64,000 nucleotides of DNA from Octopus vulgaris. Its lineage: Eukaryota. The stretch covers positions 8,494,001 to 8,558,000 of the forward strand of contig OX597835.1 of NCBI GenBank assembly GCA_951406725.2. The letters run 5' to 3'. The translations under genes were made by a program, and so were the position numbers. The notes beneath the pieces are model-generated. The model made no database searches. It saw nothing but the letters and a program-made list of their open reading frames with translations, and was not told the DNA's origin. Positions 57,114-64,000 of this stretch are shown piece after piece. Position 1 is the stretch's first letter. Each line of letters begins with the position of its first letter.

Positions 57114-58211
57114 TTGTGATCGTGGTTTCTCTTACATATCGCGTACATACGTACTTTTAAAAAGGTACCACATCACACTGCATATCTTCTACGTGTTCGT
57201 TTTCTTCGATTATCACCACCACCACCACCATCACAAACCCCCACCACCACCATCACCACCACCACCACCACCACCACCACTACTACTACTACTACTTTTT
57301 CTTCCCGTTTCTTTTTGACGTCATTTCTTTGTCAGGTAGAAGGGATATAATTTTCCTACATTTATCTTCAACATCTTATATTTCACCATGATAAATCTTT
57401 GTCATCGTCGTCATGGTGATCGTCGTCGACGTTGTTATGGTTGCTGCTGTTGTTGTTGTTGTTGCCGTGGTTATTGTTGTTGTAGACATTGGAACAGGGA
57501 GTGGAGTGGGGTACATAGTTGTTGCCTTAAATAATTATACTATATAAATAATTAATATATTTATATATTCTTAAGGGAGATATCGTTAGCCAACACGATT
57601 AATTATAGGTTTTTATTTGTTTTAATTTATAGATTTCCCAAATATTTTTTCGTTAATTTACAGAAATCTTAATGGCATGCAATCCTCTGAATACTTAATG
57701 AATTAAAAAATTACAAACATATATACACACACGCACACATACATACACACAGAGGCACGTATGTGTCCATGTATATATTTACATATACCCATATAAAAAT
57801 CCATACTTATATAATATATCTATACACGTACTCATACATACTCACATGTACCCGTAAGCATGGTTCCGGGTTCATTCCCAATGCATGGCACCTTGGAAAA
57901 GTGTCTTCTACTATAGCCTCGGGTCGACCAAAGCCTTGTGAGTGGATTTGGTAGACAGAAACTGAAAGAAGCCCGTCGTATATATGTTTTCATATATATA
58001 TATATATGTACGTATGTCTGTGACTGAAACAAGCCAAAGGCAAGACACAAAACGGGAACCATGTGGCTGAGAGACAATCATCTTACCTCACAGCCACGCC
58101 TGAATATATTTTTCTTCAACAAGAATAGTGAAAATGGAAGAACTATAAAGTAACGGAAAATCACTTTTAATTTAACTCCAGAAACATAGGTTACTCATAT
58201 AAGTGTATTTC

Positions 58212-58250
<39 letters not shown>

Positions 58251-58333
58251 GACAAAATCTTTATAAGAATTTATCAAGTAGTCAGCGTGAAAAAACTCAT
58301 TAGGAACAATTATTTAATTACCTACTTTAAATT

Positions 58334-58733
<400 letters not shown>

Positions 58734-59423
58734 GATGGTGTATTCTCTTTAGAACTAAGTAGAGTACAGTATATTGCTCATCCACCTTCACCCTGTGCTA
58801 TTCAGTGGTAGTATGCGATTCCAGGTTTGCGCTTGGCCATCTGTCGTGTGAGAATAGATAATTGAAAAAAATTACATATCGTCTGAGCAAACACAACTAG
58901 ATCTCATAATGCAGAAAACTGTTGCATAATCAAGTATCTGCACACCCGGAGAACTACGTTGCGTGGAAACAATTGTCGTGGTTAAAAACTGAATGTCCAA
59001 TCGCACTTCTTCTTGTAGACTCCAGTTTTTTCAGTTATGCACACACATTACGTATTTATGTATGACTTTGTGTGTGTATGTATGTATGTGTGTATGTATG
59101 TATGCATTTCTATCATCTAGAGACGGCATATCGTAGTCTGCGACGGTAATATTTCCTGCGACTAATCGTTTGTTTTTTCTTTTGCTTGGATGACATTACG
59201 TGACGAATTTGCATAGCCTCGGCGAAATTCTTTCTGCGACGAAATCTATACTTTTTTTTCTCTGTTGCTTCTGAAATTGAATAGTTTGTCTGAAATATTG
59301 GAATTTCTTCAAACCATGACATATAAGTTGCCCAGAATTTTAAACTATATAACGCATAACTACACTCACACAGCACAAAAATACACAAATACACACACAC
59401 ACACACACACAGACACACACACA

Positions 59424-59497
<74 letters not shown>

Positions 59498-60104
59498 CAT
59501 GACCGCAAGCACACATTGAGATGAAATGTGAAATAAAATATCGTTTACAAAATATCGAATTCAGATTTCACTCAAAAGAAAATTAATTTCATGGAGATAC
59601 GCAAGTGGGTGATTATGAAGAACTTCTTTGATTTTAGGTTGCCATGGTGATAACTCTGTATTCATTTCTTACTGAACGACATGAGTAAAAAACAGTGCAC
59701 TCTCTACAATATATTGGTTTCGTATAACAAATGAATGTAGTTTAATGCTGGCAGAATCTTCACTAATTAGAAAGGTCATAATATGATCTGCAAAGTCTAA
59801 TGAAGATAAACTGAGGATGAGAAATACACGGTTTTAGGGCAGTTTCCCGTATTTGAGTTAGAGATCCAAAACTGCAGTTTCAATTGATGCAAACGTAAAA
59901 AAAAAAAAAAAAAAAATGGCGAAATGTCATTAGCGCTAATGAAAAAGGTGGCAAGGCAGAGAAGTCTCTGCGCTGCAATTAGGCGAAAAATAATGTTGAT
60001 GTTGAAGAACAAAACAAAAGAAATGTGTTAGTTAAATCGTGCGTTCATAATTATACTGGGCACAAACACAAACATACGTAGTACATATATACATACATAC
60101 ATGC

Positions 60105-60143
<39 letters not shown>

Positions 60144-60244
60144 TAAATATTTAATATAATATATATTATACTATAAAATTAGATTTAATCCTAAATCTAA
60201 TTTTTCGCTGTAAGTTTGGATTTACTCTCTAATATTATTATTAC

Positions 60245-60289
<45 letters not shown>

Positions 60290-60524
60290 TATATGTATGT
60301 ATGTGTGTGTATATGCTTGTGTATGTGTGTTTGTTCTTGTCCCCACAACATCGTTTGACAACCGATACTGGTGTGTTTACATCCCAGTAACTTAGCGGTT
60401 CGGAAAAAAAGAGCGATAAAATAAGTACTACGCTTACAAAGAATAAGTCCTGGGGACGATTTGCTCGACTTAAGGTGGTGCTCCAGCATGGCTGGTACAA
60501 TGAAACAAGTAAAATAATATATAT

Positions 60525-60740
60525 AAGTATATGTCTATTTTGTGTACCGTTGGCGATTTTTTTTCCTCTGTTATCCCTTCTCTGGATCTTTCCTTTTCCT
60601 ATGTTTCCGACGAAGAGCTCCGCTCGAAACATTAAACCCTACTTCTGTCCTTCTTTCCTGAGCGTCCAATAATACTATATTTGTTCCACGTCCTCGCGTT
60701 GTTGTGTTTTTTTATGCTTTCTTGTTTGGATTAACTTTAT
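60525..60740 (+). mobile_element. ~215-bp hammerhead-containing PLE-derived mini-element (motif at 60603-60637)
   Basis: GUUU-CCGACGA-A-GAGC ucc GCUC-GAAAC AUU-AAAC, ending in ggattaacttt(ta)n. Confidence 0.65.
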
Positions 60741-61093
60741 ATATATATATATGACACCATACAGATCAAAAGAGATTTTAAAAAGTAAATTAAGCTGGAA
60801 AAGGCACAGAAGTGTTTATTAGAGAATGTTTATTAAAATATACACACACTCATACACACACGCAGAGGCGCAAACATTGGCACATATATATATATATATA
60901 TATATATCCTGAGACCCGCTTCGGTCAAAACCGACCATGGGATTTCACCTTAAAAGTTACCCTCCGAGGCACAAGTCCGGTCAAGGTTGTTTTATGGAAG
61001 ACCAGCAGTCGCCCATGCATACAAGCCTCCACTCTCCACACTACCAGTGTTATCCAAGGGAAAGGCAAAGACCGATGCATTTTGGCACCTGTA

Positions 61094-61380
61094 ACGTCGC
61101 TACTAACTGTCTGTTCGAAGGATTATTTACCTAAATTCAGGGAAATACATCCACTGATTTCCAAAAATAGAAATATTATTATTTCTAAGTTTCTCTAAAG
61201 GAGACTAAGGCAACGGTACTGGATATTAATAGTTATCGTCAAGCTAATAAGGCAGTCCAGAATTATAGGACGAATGCTGCCGTTGATTAATTCCAAGAGG
61301 CTCTCGCCTCTAGCTAGCTATGTGATAACTATTAATATCCAATACCGCTGCGTAGGTTTCTTTAGAGAGACTTAGAAATT
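61094..61380. mobile_element. Diverged fragment of the same retrozyme family with a terminal inversion
   Basis: gtcgctactaactgtctgttcgaag...tctagctagctatg is homologous to 48881-48950 followed by 48591-48750. 61323-61380 is an inverted copy of the ctaagtctctctaaag...atattaatagttatc segment. Confidence 0.7.
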
Positions 61381-61384
61381 GGTT

Positions 61385-61851
61385 TCCTTTCATGGCAGAA
61401 GTAATAGTCCAAAGTATTTAAGCATTTTATCTGATCAAATTCATCCTATGGTTGCGAAACTGCTTCCGGAGTGAAACGCAATCTTTCAGGATGATAATGC
61501 ATCAATTGACACAGATAAAGTTGTTACTTAATGTCAAGAGGAACATTTTAGTGAAGTTGAACGTCTTATCTGGCCACCACAGTCCCCAGATCTCAATATT
61601 ATTGAACATTTATGGTGCATTTAAAAACAAAATGAGTAAGGACTCGATATCCTCCACCATCATCACTACAAGAACTGGAGACTGTTTTAGCTGAAGAATG
61701 GGCAAAAATTCCTCTGGAAACAATTCAAACTTTGTACGAGTCCATACCTGATAGAATTCAAGCTGTAATTACTGTCAAAGACAGTCCTACATCATATCAA
61801 AATAAATTTGTTTGAAATTTAAGGTGTTTCCATTATTTTGCCCAACCCCTG
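61385..61851 (+). mobile_element. Tc1 transposon 3' fossil, second copy
   Basis: Homologous to 31570-32042. Ends caacccctg followed by TA. Confidence 0.85.
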
Positions 61852-62072
61852 TATATATGACGTAGAAAACAATTATCAGGAAATAAAGAGTGAAACTGTG
61901 AGGACAATGAAAGGCAGGTGTGTGGATATTAGTTTGCTGTCGTCAGCTGTTGACTGAAGCAATAAAGCAAGACTGATACATTATAAATAGATTGCTTTAG
62001 AATGCTGACAGATTTATAACAAGTTCTACCAGAGAATGGTATCGTGAGGGTAGGGGTAATGTGTACTATGCC

Positions 62073-62140
<68 letters not shown>

Positions 62141-62316
62141 CTTTTGTAAACTATTCTAGGGTTACCTGCATATTTTATTGTAATATTCACACCTTGCTTT
62201 ACATTCTCGTCATGAATCACTCGATACTTAATCGAAAAGAAGAAACCAGTTGTTTCAGATCTGAATATTGACAAGAAATTATGCATGTATATATTCTTGC
62301 CATCCCAGGAATATAT

Positions 62317-62368
<52 letters not shown>

Positions 62369-62371
62369 ATG

Positions 62372-62473
<102 letters not shown>

Positions 62474-62474
62474 C

Positions 62475-62525
<51 letters not shown>

Positions 62526-63036
62526 CAGTATGTATGTATATATATATATATATATATATAATTGTCAAAAAATCGCTGAAAGCATGTTGCTTTACACAAA
62601 ATGAGGTACTATAATGCATGAATTTCATAATAGACATTTCCAGTTGGTTTTCATAATATTTTCGCTTTTGTTTCTCATCACATCAGATGCTAGTTTATAT
62701 TGCATAAGTGTTTTCTTCACACACAGGCATATAAACATCTTATATTATTTGCAATCGTTTTTTTGTGTACACGAAATCTAGAACAGATTTGTTTTTTGAA
62801 TAAGACTAATCATTTCTGTTGGCGGACATTTGTTAGTTTGTTTAATTACATGAACGAGAAAAGTGAATGATTTAAGTCGCTCAGATCTGGAATAGCAGAT
62901 AAGAACATTGTAATCTGTTGTTCGAGTGAGATTAGAACAGACAACTGAATAATAACAACGTGTTTTTTTATTCATGTGGCGGGAATACGCAGGTTGATAG
63001 TCTTGACGCAGTTTATTCTAGACTAGAATATATTTA

Positions 63037-63357
63037 AAGACTCCGCCGGTTACGACGACGAGGGTCCCAGCTGATACGATCAACGGAACAGCTTGCTCGT
63101 GAAATTAACGTGCAAATGGCTGAGCATTCCACAGACACGTGTACCCTTAACGTAGTTCTCGGGGATTATCAGCGTGACACAGAGAGTGACAAGGCTGACC
63201 CTTTGAAATACAAGTACAACTCATTTTTGCCAGCTGAGTGGACTGGAGCAACGTGAAATAAAGTGTCTTGCTCAAGGACACAACGCGTCGCCGGGAATCG
63301 AACTCACAACCTTACGATCATGAGCCGAATGCCCTAACCACTAAGCCACGCGCCCTC
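63037..63357 (-). mobile_element. SINE sharing the family-A 3' tail with a different head/core
   Basis: 15-bp TSD ACTAGAATATATTTA (63022-63036 / 63358-63372). Tail gctcgtgaaattaacgtg matches family A. Confidence 0.85.
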
Positions 63358-64000
63358 ACTAGAATATATTTACTGTATAGAATAGTAACGATTGTTATCC
63401 ACCATATTTGCTCGCAGATTTATATGTCAGGTAACAAAGTAGTAAATGGTACTTCACAAAATAATGCTTTATAACTTCCGTCTGTATTTTACTCGTCATT
63501 ATATTCTTCCGCCATTAACGATTCGCCACATGAGCTATTTTATAATGCAAACACTTTGTCCCTATAAAGATTAATTCATATCTAAAAGAGAGATAATTGA
63601 AAATTGAAAGAAATTGCAACTCTCATTAGAAATAGAAATAAAAATGAATAATTTATAAACAATCTAATTAACGTCTCATTAAAACCGTAAATCGGAGAAA
63701 ACTAACGATATTTTGCATCGGCGAAATTAATATCTATATAGATTAATCAGATCCAATAAAAAAAAAAAAAACATTGGCAGCAGTTCTATTTTTCATTTTG
63801 TCTTTGCAACTATTCCCAGCTGCAATCTTGGATGTGTTTCGTTGAATATTTATTCAACAACGATTCTTTCCATGTTTCTCATTTTTGTTAAGATTTCTCG
63901 CCAGCAAATAACCACCGAAGAAACATTTCAGAAGTGTTGATCTTCTACCATATATCGTGAAAAAAATAGGAGACTGATGTCTGCGACTGGTCAACCTTCT

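Overview
AT-rich, microsatellite-saturated animal genomic DNA. The SINE families and repeat landscape look like octopus/cephalopod (recognition, not a database result). Almost every entry in the ORF track is a simple-repeat artefact. One confident host gene is present but not captured as a gene by the ORF track: the first three coding exons of ERGIC1 (+ strand, 36802-51431, continuing beyond the window). A possible secreted-precursor gene lies head-to-head with it on the - strand. The rest is SINEs (several with TSDs), relics of Dong/R4-like, R2/NeSL-like and CR1/Jockey-like LINEs, mariner and Tc1 fossils, and two non-autonomous Helitrons. The most interesting layer is a set of Penelope-like/retrozyme elements carrying minimal type I hammerhead ribozyme motifs: six motifs at five loci plus one deleted copy. 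Two unrelated families carry the compensatory U3-A8 core (UUGAUAA). These include a 360-bp tandem-unit retrozyme-like element and several long fold-back structures, alongside a 1.3-kb near-perfect palindrome.
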